Shown here: in pieces, positions 20,150 to 31,754 of the stretch
How the letters are laid out: each line of letters starts with the position of its first letter
Position numbering within the stretch: the first letter of the stretch is position 1
DNA from: Alphaproteobacteria bacterium
Lineage (GTDB): Bacteria > Pseudomonadota > Alphaproteobacteria > UBA828
Assembly (NCBI GenBank): GCA_965214705.1
Contig: OZ243972.1
Span: forward strand, 3,968,001-4,032,000
DNA length: 64,000 bases
Direction: 5' to 3'
The notes under the pieces: generated by a model
Seen by the model: the letters and a program-made list of their open reading frames with translations, nothing else
Databases searched by the model: none
Told to the model about the DNA's origin: nothing
Program-made: the position numbers and the translations under genes

Positions 20150-21495
20150 CGCTAACTTGTTTGCGGTTCTTCGATGAAGCGTTCCGCGATTTGGGTCAGG
20201 CGCCGCCGGGACGGTTCGGAGAGGGATTTGGAGATCTGGTTCCATTGGTCGATCACCTCGGCGAGGGACAAATGGGGTTCGATGGCTCGCACGCCCTGGT
20301 TGAGCATGAACCCGAAGTCACGCCAGGCGCTGTGCGGCCGGCAGCGCCTCCAGGCTGTATCCCCAGGGGGAAACCGTGCTGGCATGACGGATCAGCTTTT
20401 CCACCAGCAGCGCCACCAGGAGTTTGCCGTAGAGCCACGCCTTGGCGCTCTCGTCGTCGTATTTGGGCAGATGCCCCAACTGCGCCAGAGACTTGAAGCG
20501 CTTGAAGACCAGTTCGACCTGCCAGCGGGTGCGATCCCACTCCAGGACCTGCGCCGCGCTGAAGGCCGCTTCGGGAAAGGTCGTGAACACGATGACGTAG
20601 CGCGCGAACTCCAGGGTTCGCGGCCGAACCTGCTTGCCCTTGCGCCCGGCCTCCTTGCGCAGCTTGCGCTGCGCCAGCCTGATGGCTTCCTGCGTCTTTC
20701 TGATCGCGCACACGCGCCCCGGCACCGCGATGCCGTCGCCGACCGCCAGCACGGGCCAGGATCGCACGCTGCCGACCCGCTTCAGCGTCGTGACGTGTGC
20801 AAGCAGGTCGAACGGCGCGCCGTCGCGCGTTCGAAGCGACAGCGCCCCGGTGTTCACGCGCACGGTGACATGACCCCCCGCAGACACCACGTGGTGGAGG
20901 CCCGCAGCAGTCGAGTACGCCCGGTCGGCGAGCACAAAGTCGCCCTCGCCGACCGGGAACTGCGAGAACGCCTCGCCCGTGCCCCGTCCCTCGCTCGCCG
21001 TGAGCTTGAAGAAGTCGCACGCCAGCGACGGAAGGCGCACGCTGTAGTGCAGGCGCCACAGCGCCCCGGTCCGGCCCGGCTCCTTCACCGTCGTCGCGTC
21101 GAAGGCCCTGACCTGGAACCCGCCAGCGGCCGACATCGCCATCCCCTGTTCGCGAAACAGCGCGACGCACAACGCGTGAAGCCAATCCCCCGACTTCCTC
21201 AGCCGCTTCAACAAGGCCACGTCGGACAGATCGGCCAGGTTCGCCTTCCTCGCACGCACCACGGTCTCGCGCAGCGAGTGTCCGCAGGCCAGATGCAGCA
21301 ACAGCGTGCGCAGCAGGGCATCGACCGACTTGTCCTTGCGCAGACCCTTCAAGGCCCCGGTCTCCCGTGCCAACTCCCGCCAGCCCTCGGGCAGAAACAA
21401 CGACACCACTTCCCACTCCTCGTCCATCCGCCAAGCCTCCCCGCAGCGCGCACCAACCCACAATACGGAGTGCCGACATGACAAACAAGTTAGCG
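20150..21495 (-). mobile_element. IS4-family-like insertion sequence (transposase 21427-20318)
   Basis: IRs CGCTAACTTGTTTG / CAAACAAGTTAGCG; DDE motifs AFDATT, LADRAY, RWQVELVFKRFK; no matching target duplication. Confidence 0.85.
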
Positions 21496-21691
21496 CTTAT
21501 GGCGCAAGGCGGCGACCGGCGCTCGCAGCGGATCGAGGCGTGGGCCGAGGTGGTCCTCGCACTGGTGGACGAGACCCCGGACATGACGCTTTCGGAGATT
21601 GCCACCCATCTGGAGGACGAGCACGGGCTGCGGGTCTCCCAGAGCACCGTATGGCGCTTCTTCCACCGCCGGGGCATCACCATCAAAAACA

Positions 21692-23428
21692 GACATGGCC
21701 GGCGTGTAGCGATCCACCCCGGATGATGAAAGTCCGGTGCCTCGGTCGAGGGAATGAACGCTGCCCCTGCGTGGCATAGCGGCATTAGAGTCACGGTCGG
21801 TGGAGGCGGCACAATGGCCGTCGTTTTAGTGGTGAGCACTGCTTCCCGATCAAAAACTGGCCCCGGCCGGTCGGCTCCGAGCCCCGGATTGTTCCCGGCC
21901 GCCGAGCCGTGGACGCGCGGCAAACCGCACCGCACCCGAGGCGGGTGTGTGTTCAGTCCGACCGGCCCGTCCGCCTCCGCCTTCCCCAAGCGAGAGGTGA
22001 GATCATGAGAACCGACACACTGCACGTCGTCCATGCTCGTGCCGCCGGCATTGACGTGCACAAGATGCAGATCACCACATCGATCCGCATCTGTGCACCC
22101 GGCGGCGGCGAGCCGCAGATCGCGACGCGGACCTTCGAGGCTCTGCCCAGCGGCATCGACGAGATGGTGGCATGGATGCTCGCGCGCAAAGTCGATGCCG
22201 CAGTGATGGAGGGCACCGGCATCTACTGGGTGGCACCGTTCGAAGCGCTGGAGGCGGCCGGCATCTCCGTGGTGCTGGTCAACGCCCGGCAGGTCAAGCA
22301 GCTGAAGGGCCGCAAGACCGATGTGGCGGACAGCGTCTGGCTGGCGCGGGTCTGTCAGTTCGGTCTGGCAAGCCCCAGCCACGTGCCGCCCAAGGCGTTC
22401 CGGGAGATGCGCGCACTTACCCGCTACCGGCGCGCCCTCGTCGGTCAGCGCAGCCGGGTGCGCAATCGGGTGCAGAAGGTCCTGGACCGCAGCGGCGTGC
22501 GCGTCGGCGGTGTCCTCTCCGACGTCTTCGGCACGAACGGGAGACGGGTTCTCGACGGCTTGGCTGAGGGGCTCGGACCGGACGCCATCCTGGCCTCGCT
22601 CAGCCACCATGTGGCGCACAAGGTCGAGCGGCTCGGCGACGCCCTCAGCCTCTCCCTCAGCGCTGCGGACCGCCTGATCCTGTGCGATCTGCTTCGCGAG
22701 CACGATGCGCTGGAGGAGCGCATCCAGGGGTTCGACCGGGCCATCGACGATGGCTTCGTGCCCTGGGAGGACCGCATCCTGCTTCTCCAGACCATCCCCG
22801 GGATCGACCGGGCCTCGGCCTGCGCCATCCTCGCCGAGATCGGCCCCGACCTCGACGCCTTCGGCTCCACTGATCGGCTTGCCGCATGGGCCGGTCTCTG
22901 TCCCGGCAACAGCCAAAGCGCCGGAAAGCGCCGTGCCGCCCGCACACGCATGGGCAGCAAGACCCTGCGCGCCGTGCTCGTCGAATGCGCTCATGGCGCG
23001 GCGCGAACCCATGGCTGCCAGTTCCGCGGCTACCACAAGGCTCTCATGATCCGACGCGGTTACAAGCGGGCCATCGTCGCCACCGCGCACAAGATGCTGC
23101 GGGTCCTCTACGTCGTGTTGCGCGACGCCAAGCCTTACTACGATCCGGAAGCCGACTACGAAGCCCTCATGGTCAGGCGAAATGCCCCGCGCTGGATCCG
23201 CATGCTCCGCCGGCACGGCTTGCTCGAGCCCGGTCGTATCCCAACTGCCATGGCCGCGACCGCCTGAAGCATTACCTGGTCGGAGCACGGTCGGCACCGG
23301 GCCACAATCCAGGGCAGCCCGAAGTCCGACCGCGTCTCCAAGCACCGCGAGCGCGGCCTCACGCCGACAACGCGACGCCTCGTCGTAATTCCCCTACTCG
23401 TGCCCGTCCCGAAGAAACTTTCACGGCA
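21692..23428 (+). mobile_element. IS110-family element #1 (recombinase 22005-23267) with ~310-nt left non-coding end
   Basis: DEDD motifs GIDVHK, MEGTGIYW, KTDVADS; SQSAG serine; CA core at 21690-21691 and 23427-23428; no TIR or TSD. Confidence 0.93.
21800..21990 (+). ncRNA. Putative bridge RNA of IS110 #1 (approximate limits)
   Basis: CGTCGTTTT (21819-21827) + hairpin AGTG-GTGAG-CACT + ATCAAAAAC (21849-21857) match the two halves of the insertion site. Confidence 0.8.
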
Positions 23429-24076
23429 AAACGGCGCACGCCAGCGAGCAGCAACGCGCTGACGTGCTCAGGCGCAGGCGCGCCTGGGTCGAAGCCCAGC
23501 CCGGGCTCGACCCTGAGAAGCTGGTCTTCGTGGATGAGACCGGTGCTTCCACCAAAATGGCGCGGCGCTCAGGCCGAGCTTTGCGCGGACACCGCTGCCG
23601 CGCTCCGGTGCCTCATGGCCATTGGAAGACCACGACCTTCGTCGGCGCGCTGAGGCTGAGCGGAATGACCGCGCCCATGGTGCTCGACGGCGCCATGCAC
23701 GGCGCCGCCTTCCTCGCCTACGTAGACAAGGTGCTGGTGCCCATCCTCAAACCCGGCGACATCGTGGTGATGGACAACCTTCCCGCCCACCGAAGTGCCG
23801 CCGCCCGAGAGGCTATCCAAAGGGCCGGGGCCGAGCTCCGCTTCCTGCCGCCCTACAGCCCTGACTTCAACCCGATCGAGATGGCATTCTCCAAGCTCAA
23901 GGCCTACCTCAAGCGACGCGCCGCCCGCACCGTCCCGGAACTCTGGGACGCCATCGGCCAAGCCACAGACACCTTCACACCCGCCGAGTGCCAAAACTAC
24001 TTCGCTGCTACAGGATATGACCACGTATGATCGGATAGTGCTCTAAAAGGTGAGATATGCGCGTCGCTTAGCGCGC

Positions 24077-25789
24077 CTAACCTAAGTCTGTCGGCCTAAC
24101 AGAGTCTGCGGCAGGAAGCTCCAATCGGAAACTTGCGCCGACAATGGCGCCCGCACCGTCGCGCCGGTTGACGCAACTCAGCTGGCCGCCGTGGGCCTCG
24201 GCGATCTGGCGCGAGATGCTGAGCCCCAGGCCGGAGTGGGCACCGAACGGCTCTCCTTCGGGACGGTCGGTGTAGAAGCGCCGGAAGATTGCCTCCTCCA
24301 TGCCGGCCGGCACGCCGGGGCCGTCATCGTGGACGCTGACCATGACCACGGCGCCGTCCCGGCGGAGCCCGAGCGTGATCGTCCCGCCCAGCGGGCTGAA
24401 CGAGCGGGCGTTGCTGATGAGGTTCTGGAGCACCTGGGCGAGGCGGTCCTCGACGCCGAGCACCACGAACGGACCCTCGCCTTCGACTTCGACTCGTATG
24501 GCCGCGGGGGCCTCGCCCATCGAGGCGGCAGCGCTGTGCATCTCGGCGAGCGTTGCCAGCATGGCACCGACATTGACCGGCTCCAGCCGGGCACGGAACA
24601 GTTCGGTATCGATCTTGGAGGCGTCGGCAATCTGGCTGAGCAGCCGGTCCAGCCGCTTCACGTCCTCGCCGACAAGCGCCAGCAGCTTCGCGCGCTTCTT
24701 CTCGTCATCGACGCGCTGAGCGGTATCGACGGCCGTGAGCACGGAACTCAGAGGATTCTTCACCTCGTGCGCGACGTCGGCGACGAAGCGCTCGATCGCG
24801 TCCATGCGCACCCAGAGCGCCTCGGTCATGTCGCGTAGCGCGCCGGAGAGGCGCCCGATCTCGTCGTTCCGCGCCGTGAAGTCGGGAATTGCCACCTTGC
24901 GCCCCCCGCCGGCGCGCACTCGCTCGGCCGCTCGCGCAAGCCGGCGCACGGGCCGGGTGATCGTGCCTGCGAAGTAGAGGCTGAGGAGGATGGTGATCCC
25001 GAGCGCGATGCTGAACGCCTGGAGGATGGTGAATCGGGCGTTGCGCACGCTCTCCAGCACGTCGTTGGCATCCGCCACCAATAACAGGGCGCCCTGAATC
25101 CGGCGGAACGGCTGGATCGGCGCGGACACGACGGCGACCAGCCGGGCGTCTTGCGTTCTGTGCATGGCGCGCCCGGCGGTGCCCTGCAGCGCGCTCAGCA
25201 CCTTCGGGAAGTCGGCCGCCTGCGGGTTGAGCGGCTCGATGTAGAGCGGCACTGTCGTGCGCGGGGGCAGCCGCGCGGTGATCCAGTCGTAGGCCGCGTC
25301 CGCCGCCCGGCCGAGGACGCCACGGCCTTCCTCCGGGGGCGGCAACTCCGTCGTCTGCACCGGCGCCATCGGCAGCCGCCATGAATCGACGGCGAGGGTC
25401 CCATCGGCGTTGAAGAGCAGCGCGCGCGTATCGACCGGCAGGTTCAGGCGGTAGATCAGGGTCGCAGCGTCGGCCGGGCCGAGACCCGCTTCCGACGGGC
25501 TGGTGGTGTCCACCGCGCTTTCGCCGAGCGCAGCAGCCAACAGGGTGGCTTCGCGTGCAAGCGCGTCCAGCCTGTCGTCCATCAAATCGCGCTGCATTTG
25601 ATCGAGATAGAAGAAGCCCGCGACCAGCACCCCCAGAGCCATGACGTTGATGGCGAGGATTCGGGCCGTCAGCGGGAAGCCGATGCGCGGCCGCCGGCCT
25701 CGGCCGGCCTGCGCCCGGGGAGCAGTCGGCGCCGCCTTCAGATCGTCTTCGACCCGATCACGGCGTGGTGTATCGGTAGCCGACACCAT
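24077..25789 (-). CDS. chvG: Sensor histidine kinase ChvG/ExoS
   Basis: [13 protein letters not shown] domain, [33 protein letters not shown]; downstream of chvI. Confidence 0.9.
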   Translation of the reverse strand: MVSATDTPRRDRVEDDLKAAPTAPRAQAGRGRRPRIGFPLTARILAINVMALGVLVAGFFYLDQMQRDLMDDRLDALAREATLLAAALGESAVDTTSPSEAGLGPADAATLIYRLNLPVDTRALLFNADGTLAVDSWRLPMAPVQTTELPPPEEGRGVLGRAADAAYDWITARLPPRTTVPLYIEPLNPQAADFPKVLSALQGTAGRAMHRTQDARLVAVVSAPIQPFRRIQGALLLVADANDVLESVRNARFTILQAFSIALGITILLSLYFAGTITRPVRRLARAAERVRAGGGRKVAIPDFTARNDEIGRLSGALRDMTEALWVRMDAIERFVADVAHEVKNPLSSVLTAVDTAQRVDDEKKRAKLLALVGEDVKRLDRLLSQIADASKIDTELFRARLEPVNVGAMLATLAEMHSAAASMGEAPAAIRVEVEGEGPFVVLGVEDRLAQVLQNLISNARSFSPLGGTITLGLRRDGAVVMVSVHDDGPGVPAGMEEAIFRRFYTDRPEGEPFGAHSGLGLSISRQIAEAHGGQLSCVNRRDGAGAIVGASFRLELPAADSVRPTDLG

Positions 25790-26447
25790 AGAGCGTCTCG
25801 ATCTGCGAGAAGGCCGGATCGATGGCCCTGAACTTGTTGCGGATGCGCTTGACGTGACTGTCGATGGTGCGGTCCTCGACGTAGATCTGGTCGCCGTAGG
25901 CGGCATCCATCAGCTGGTTCCTGCTTTTGACGTGGCCGGGTCGCTGGGCCAGCGCCTTCAGGAGCAGGAATTCGGTCACCGTGAGGGAGAGCGCCTTGCC
26001 CTGCCAGGTGCAGAGGTGACGGTCCTCGTCCAGCACCAGCGCGCCCCGCACCATGAGCGCGGTCCCGTCGGCACTCTGGGCCGGCTCGGCACGCCGCAGG
26101 ACCGCCCGGATCCGCTCAACCAGAAGGCGAATCGAGAAGGGCTTGGTGATGTAGTCGTCCGCGCCCTGGCTGAGCCCATAGAGCTGGTCGTCCTCGGCAT
26201 CCTTCGAGGTCAGGAACACCACGGGGAGCGTCGAATGCTCCCGCAGCTGGGCGAGCAGCTCCAGACCGTCCATCTGCGGCATCTTGATGTCGAGAATCGC
26301 GAGGTCGACCGGCCGGCTCAGCAAGTCCTGCAGCGCCTTCACCGAGTCGCTGTGGGGCCGGACCACGAAGCCCTCCGCCTCGAGCGCCATGGTGACCGAG
26401 GTGAGCAGGTGCTGGTCGTCGTCGACCAGCGCGATGGTCGCAGGCAC
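25758..26447 (-). CDS. chvI: Response regulator ChvI
   Basis: [41 protein letters not shown]. Confidence 0.93.
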   Translation of the reverse strand: MPATIALVDDDQHLLTSVTMALEAEGFVVRPHSDSVKALQDLLSRPVDLAILDIKMPQMDGLELLAQLREHSTLPVVFLTSKDAEDDQLYGLSQGADDYITKPFSIRLLVERIRAVLRRAEPAQSADGTALMVRGALVLDEDRHLCTWQGKALSLTVTEFLLLKALAQRPGHVKSRNQLMDAAYGDQIYVEDRTIDSHVKRIRNKFRAIDPAFSQIETLYGVGYRYTTP

Positions 26448-26526
26448 CGTATCCCTCCTCCTCCTGCGGCCGCCCCAAGTATGGCTTCACTGTGGCGATT
26501 TTAGGGCGCCGGATCGGCAGGTCACG

Positions 26527-27909
26527 TCAGTAGCGGGCGATCGGTCGCCGGGCGACGGCGAGGAAGCGGCCCGAGAGGAGCATGCTCGCGCTGAGCGCGC
26601 CCGCCAGAATGCCCCACATCAGGCCGTCCACGCCAATCCCCACCACGAAAGCCAGCACGTAACCGATGGGCACCGTGATGAACCACCAGGAGATGAGCTG
26701 AAGTCCTGGCGGCACCCACACGTCGGCGACGCCGCGCAACGCGCCCATCAGCACCGCCTGCATGCCGTCGAACACCAGGATGATACCGCAAATGCCGATG
26801 AGCGACGCGGCAAGCGGCAGCACAAGGGGATCATCGGTGTAGAGCTTCGCGAGCGGCAGGCCGAGGCCGAGGAAGGGGCCGGCGAAGCCGGCCATGAGGC
26901 AGGCGATGAGCAGGACGCCGGCCCAGCCGGCGCGCACGATGTCGGTGGCGTTGCGCCGGCCGACCGCGTTGCCGACCCGAACCATGCTCGCGCCTGCGGT
27001 GCCGATGGCGACCATGAAGACGAGCCCGATCAGGTTGTAGCCGATCTGATAGGCGGCGAGCGACACCGTGCCGAGATGCCCGGCGAACATGACCAGCGCG
27101 GCGAACGCCGCGGTCTCGAGCCCCCGGGCGGCGCCGAGGGGATAGCCGAGGCGCCTGAGCCGCTTCGAGATCGCCCAGAAGTCGCCGGCGGGGCGGTGGA
27201 TGCCGAGCGCGCGGGCATCCGGCTGACGCAGCACGACGATGAGGAGCGCCGCGAACATGACCCAGCGCACCAGCGAGGTCGCGATGGCGGCGCCCTCCGC
27301 CCCCAGCTCCGGGCCGCCCAGGTTGCCGAAGATGAGGATCCAGTTGAGCAGCGCGTTGAGCAGCACCGCGCCGAACATGACCAGCATGCCGGGGATCGGC
27401 CGGCTCAGGCCTTCCAGGAAGTGCGTGCACACCACCCACATCATCAGGGGCGGCGAGCCCCAGGCGATCATGTCGAGCACGCGGCCGCCGCCGCTGACGA
27501 CTTCGGGCGACTGGCCGGTCGCGTCGAGGGTGTAGCGGCCGAGCAGGCAGATCAGGCCCATGGCGACGCCGAGGACCGCGCCGTGGACGAAGCTCACGCG
27601 CCAGTACGCGCCGCAGGCGGCGTGGTCGCGCGCGCCGTGCGCCTGGGAGACCACGATCACCGTGCCCTGCAGCAGGCCCACGCCGATCAGGATCATCACC
27701 ACCTGCGCGGCATTCGCCGCCGCGTAGTAGGCCAGCGATGCGGTGCCGTAGTGGCCCAGCATGGCGGAATCGATGGCGACCATGACCAGCAGGCCCGCGC
27801 GCGCGAGGATCACCGGGCCGGCGAACCGGGCGGTCCGAATTAGATGGCGCTCGAACGACATGGCCCGGCTGGCGGGCCGCTCGGGCGCGACGGCGACTCC
27901 CTTGGTCAT
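26527..27909 (-). CDS. MATE family efflux transporter
   Basis: About 12 TM segments; LNWILIFGNLG.PELGAEGAAIAT; RVGNAVG. Confidence 0.92.
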   Translation of the reverse strand: MTKGVAVAPERPASRAMSFERHLIRTARFAGPVILARAGLLVMVAIDSAMLGHYGTASLAYYAAANAAQVVMILIGVGLLQGTVIVVSQAHGARDHAACGAYWRVSFVHGAVLGVAMGLICLLGRYTLDATGQSPEVVSGGGRVLDMIAWGSPPLMMWVVCTHFLEGLSRPIPGMLVMFGAVLLNALLNWILIFGNLGGPELGAEGAAIATSLVRWVMFAALLIVVLRQPDARALGIHRPAGDFWAISKRLRRLGYPLGAARGLETAAFAALVMFAGHLGTVSLAAYQIGYNLIGLVFMVAIGTAGASMVRVGNAVGRRNATDIVRAGWAGVLLIACLMAGFAGPFLGLGLPLAKLYTDDPLVLPLAASLIGICGIILVFDGMQAVLMGALRGVADVWVPPGLQLISWWFITVPIGYVLAFVVGIGVDGLMWGILAGALSASMLLSGRFLAVARRPIARY

Positions 27910-27973
27910 GGCGCCGGACCTTAGCCCGGAATTCTCACCAAGGTCATGGATTGCTGCCGCGGAGGCAGCCCGT

Positions 27974-29290
27974 TTACTGCCCGTCCGGCGTCTTGGCGTT
28001 TAGGCCGGGATAGATGGGGAAGGCTTGGCAAAGTGCGCGCACCTCGGTGCGCACGGCTTGTTCGACTGCCTCGTCGCGGGCGTCCGACGAAGCCATCGCG
28101 TGCAGCACGTCGGCGATCCAGTTTCCGATGCGGCGGAATTCACCTTCGCCGAAGCCCCGCGTGGTCCCGGCCGCCGAGCCGAAACGCAGGCCCGAGGTCA
28201 CGCGGGGCGGCTGCGTGTCGCCCGGCACCGCGTTCTTGTTGCAGGTGAGACCCGCGGCCTCCAGGCTGTCTGAGGCTGCAGCCCCGGTCAGCTCGAGCGG
28301 GCGCAGGTCGGCCACCAGCAGCGGCGTGTCCGTGCCACCCGCGACGATGGCGATGCCCCGCTCCATGAGTGTATCGGCGAGGGCGCGGGCGTTGGCCAGC
28401 ACTTGGGCTGCGTAAGCTTTGAACTCGGGCTTCAGTGCCTCGCCCAGGCAGACCGCCTTGGCCGCCACCGCGTTGAGGATCACGCTGCCCTGCACGCCGG
28501 GGAAGACGGCGCTGTCCAGCTTGCGCGCGAGCGCCGCGTCGTCGGTGAGGATGAGGCCGCCGCGTGCGCCGCGCAGGTTCTTGTAAGTGGTTGCCGTGGT
28601 GACGTGGGCATGGGGCAGGGGGCTCGGGTGTGCGCCGCCGGCGACCAGCCCGGCGAAGTGGGCCATATCGGCCAGTAGCACCGCACCGACCGAATCGGCG
28701 ATCGCGCGGAAGCCGGCGAAATCGATCGCACGCGGATAGGCCGAGCCGCCGCAGATGATGAGCTTGGGCTGGTGTTCCTGCGCCAGCCGCTCGACCTCGT
28801 CCATTTCGATGAAGCCAGACACATCGGTGCGATAGAGGATCGGATTGAACCACTTGCCGGTCAGGTTCACCGCTGCGCCGTGGCTAAGATGGCCGCCGGC
28901 ATCGAGGGCCATGCTCAATACCGTGTCGCCCGGCTGGAGCAACGCCAGAAAGACCGCCTGGTTGGCCTGGCTGCCGGAATGGGGCTGGACGTTGGCGAAG
29001 GCGCAGCCGAAGAGCCGCTTGGCCCGCTCGATGGCGAGGGACTCGATCTTGTCGGCGAACGCGGCGCCGCCGTAGTAGCGCGCGCCGGGCCGGCCTTCGA
29101 CGGTCTTGTTGACGATGACCGAGCCCAGGGCGTCGAGGCTCGCGCGGCTGACGAGGTTTTCCGACGCGATCAGCTCGATCCCGTCCTGCTGGCGGACGAG
29201 CTCGCCCGCGAGCGCCGCGTGGACCTCTGGGTCAACTGTTTGCAGGTGATCGAGGAAGTAACCCGGCTCGCGCGCCGGGGTGTCGTTCAT
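27974..29290 (-). CDS. Serine hydroxymethyltransferase-like PLP enzyme (non-canonical GlyA paralog)
   Basis: [40 protein letters not shown]; NKTVEG instead of NKYAEG. Confidence 0.9.
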   Translation of the reverse strand: MNDTPAREPGYFLDHLQTVDPEVHAALAGELVRQQDGIELIASENLVSRASLDALGSVIVNKTVEGRPGARYYGGAAFADKIESLAIERAKRLFGCAFANVQPHSGSQANQAVFLALLQPGDTVLSMALDAGGHLSHGAAVNLTGKWFNPILYRTDVSGFIEMDEVERLAQEHQPKLIICGGSAYPRAIDFAGFRAIADSVGAVLLADMAHFAGLVAGGAHPSPLPHAHVTTATTYKNLRGARGGLILTDDAALARKLDSAVFPGVQGSVILNAVAAKAVCLGEALKPEFKAYAAQVLANARALADTLMERGIAIVAGGTDTPLLVADLRPLELTGAAASDSLEAAGLTCNKNAVPGDTQPPRVTSGLRFGSAAGTTRGFGEGEFRRIGNWIADVLHAMASSDARDEAVEQAVRTEVRALCQAFPIYPGLNAKTPDGQ

Positions 29291-30075
29291 TGGGCGGCCG
29301 CCGGTTCGAAAAGACAGTCGTCGGCGAGCGGCACCACCGGCGTGAAGTCGGTATGGTGCTTGTACTCGGGCCGGGCAAACGCGGTCTGGGCGTTGGCAAC
29401 CGGGTTGAGGATGAGCGAGAAGATCGCGCGGTCCCACGGCGACATGTTGCCCGGCGAGCCGTGGACCATCAGGTCGCCGAAGATGAGGACCGTGCCGGGC
29501 GGGCCGAGCGCGGGCGTGATGCCGCCCACGGCAATGAGGTTCGTTACGGTTTCGCGGTCCACCACCCAGAGCGGATAGCTCGTGCTCGTCACGTCGTGGA
29601 AGGTGGGCAGCGGCTCGTGCCGGTGGGAGCCGGGGATGAAATAGAGCGGCCCGTTGTAGTGGCTCACCTCGTCCAGCAGGATGTGCAGGTTGAGCGCCCG
29701 TGGGGCCGGAACGCCGTCGTCCCGGTGATGGGTGGCGAAGTCGTAGTGCCACTGCCAGACGTCGCCCTCGTAGGCCGCCTTCACGTTGACCTTGACCTGC
29801 TGGATGTAGAGGTCGGGGCCGGCGATCTGTCGCGCCGGCTCGACCAGGCGGGGGTGGCGCACGAGGCGGTCGATGAGGTCGCTCCGCTGGTGCAGCCCCA
29901 TGATCGTGCGGGGCGCGGAGCCCGTCTTCTCCCCGATGTTGGCCTCGCTCTCCTCATCGTACAGAGGCGGCAGGGCGGCGCGGATCGCCGCCACCTCGGC
30001 CGCGGAGAAGAGGCCGGGGAGGATCAGCAGACCGTCCCGGCGGAAGACCTCAAGCTGTTCGTCATTGAGCTTCAA
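29287..30075 (-). CDS. PhyH/EctD-like Fe(II)/2-oxoglutarate dioxygenase
   Basis: WQWHYDF (HxD), [24 protein letters not shown]; ATGA overlap with the glyA-like gene. Confidence 0.9.
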   Translation of the reverse strand: MKLNDEQLEVFRRDGLLILPGLFSAAEVAAIRAALPPLYDEESEANIGEKTGSAPRTIMGLHQRSDLIDRLVRHPRLVEPARQIAGPDLYIQQVKVNVKAAYEGDVWQWHYDFATHHRDDGVPAPRALNLHILLDEVSHYNGPLYFIPGSHRHEPLPTFHDVTSTSYPLWVVDRETVTNLIAVGGITPALGPPGTVLIFGDLMVHGSPGNMSPWDRAIFSLILNPVANAQTAFARPEYKHHTDFTPVVPLADDCLFEPAAAQ

Positions 30076-30179
30076 CGGGCCGGCCTCGCCGCCCGCTCAG
30101 AGGCCCAGGCGAGAAGGGAGCGGGGCTCTCCCGCCAGCGGCAGGGAGAAGCCCCCAACCCCGTTACGGATCGCGATAGC

Positions 30180-31478
30180 CTATTCGGCGGCGGCAGGCGT
30201 GACGGCCCGGCGGCGCTTGGCCAGCGCGATCTCGTTCGGCGCGCGGTGATAGGCGCCGTCCTTCATGATCATGAGCAGGTTGTCGGCGTCCTGCATGATG
30301 GAGACGTCCTTGGTCGGGTCGCCGTCCACCAGAAGCAGGTCGGCGAGGTAGCCTTCCTTGACCATGCCGACGTTGAGCCCCATCAACTCGCCGCCCCACT
30401 TGGTGGCGCCGATCAGCGCCTCGGCCGGCGAGTAGCCGAAGTGGTTGACGAAGTGCTCCATGTCGCGGGCATTGGCGCCGATCGGGTTCCAGGCGAAGCC
30501 GTAGTCGCCGCCCGGCATGGCCCGAATGCCGCGCTTCCGCACTTCCTGATAGGTGCGGATCGTGTGCTCCATCTTGTAGAACATGTTGTAGCTCTCGGCG
30601 ATCTCGCGGGTGATGCCCCACTCGCCGGCCTCGTGCGCGAACGTGTAGACGATGCCGAAGGCCGGGGCCATGAAGATGCTCTTCTTCTTGGCTTCCAGCA
30701 TGTCGAGGGTCTTATTGGTCGCGTAGTCGGCGTGGTAGATGATGTTGATGCCGTGCTTGAGCGCGAGGCGCACCGCCTTGTCCGCCCTGGCATGGGTGAT
30801 GATGTTGACGCCTGCTTCGCGCGCCACTTCGGCCGCCGCGGCGACCTCGGCATCGAAGTAGGTGATTTTCTCGGACTGCCCGGGCTGGCAGAATTCGTCG
30901 CCCGAGATGTTGATCTTCAGATTGTCCACGCCTTCGCGCACGCAGAGCCGGCAGGCCTTCCGCACTTCGTCCGGCCCGTCGGCGATGAAGCCCACTGACT
31001 CCTGGTGCATGTGCCACTTGCGTTCGTCGCCGAGCCCGCCTGACGACACGATCTCGGGCGAGGCCGCCTTGATGCGCGGCCCCGGATAGCGCCCGGCATT
31101 GATCACGTTGCGCAACACCGGCTCGATACGGATCTTGTTGTAGCCGACGCCGGCAGCCGAGAAGAGGCTCGTGAAGCCGTGGTCGATCATCGTCCGCGCA
31201 TTGTCGAGCGCGAGCACCATGTGCTCCTCCGGCGGGAGCGCCCCGATCTCCGGCAGGGTCGTACTGTCGATGTAGCAGACGTGGGCGTGGGGCTCGACAA
31301 GCCCCGGCATCAGGGTGGCGCCGGCGCCGTCCACCACGGTCGCGCCGTTGGCCCTGATCTTGCCCTTGCCGCGGGCGACCTTCTTGATGAGGTTGCCCTG
31401 CAGCTTCACCTCGCCCGCGAACGGGCGCTTGGCGTTGCCGTCGAAAATCATCACGTTCTTGAAGAGGGTCTCTGCCAT
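30180..31478 (-). CDS. Metal-dependent amidohydrolase
   Basis: LMPGLVEPHAH, THAR, GGDYG, GYLADLLLVDGDP. Confidence 0.9.
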   Translation of the reverse strand: MAETLFKNVMIFDGNAKRPFAGEVKLQGNLIKKVARGKGKIRANGATVVDGAGATLMPGLVEPHAHVCYIDSTTLPEIGALPPEEHMVLALDNARTMIDHGFTSLFSAAGVGYNKIRIEPVLRNVINAGRYPGPRIKAASPEIVSSGGLGDERKWHMHQESVGFIADGPDEVRKACRLCVREGVDNLKINISGDEFCQPGQSEKITYFDAEVAAAAEVAREAGVNIITHARADKAVRLALKHGINIIYHADYATNKTLDMLEAKKKSIFMAPAFGIVYTFAHEAGEWGITREIAESYNMFYKMEHTIRTYQEVRKRGIRAMPGGDYGFAWNPIGANARDMEHFVNHFGYSPAEALIGATKWGGELMGLNVGMVKEGYLADLLLVDGDPTKDVSIMQDADNLLMIMKDGAYHRAPNEIALAKRRRAVTPAAAE

Positions 31479-31754
31479 CGTCTCAGCCTCCGTCTCGGGC
31501 GCGCGCTCCCCTGGTTCCCTGTGCCGCACGCCTCAGTAATCGGTTCGGCGCCCCGCGTCGCGCGACGCACGCCGCTGCGCACAGATTAGGCGCCCATTTA
31601 GGCCCCCGCAATCGCTAACCGGCGCGTGTGATCGATTTCTGCGCGGTCTCTCGATGTCTCCCCGCGCGGTTCAAGCGCCTGAATGCGCGACGCAGGCCGT
31701 GACATTGGTGCGAAATCCGGGCTAAGACGCGCCCGCCAGTGCGGAGGACACCCC

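Larger units (their letters stand above)
21496..24045 (+). mobile_element. IS630-family element, 5'-truncated by the IS4 and split by IS110 #1
   Basis: Rejoining gives in-frame ...[17 protein letters not shown]...VFVDETG...MDNLPAH...[12 protein letters not shown]; right end GATCGGATAGTGCTCTA. Confidence 0.9.

Noticed and set aside
20253-23345. 1030-aa minus-strand ORF and other long antisense ORFs (17872-20148, 43893-46214, 33428-35002)
   Set aside because: They run antisense to or across clear genes and independent IS boundaries; GC-rich shadow frames with no motifs
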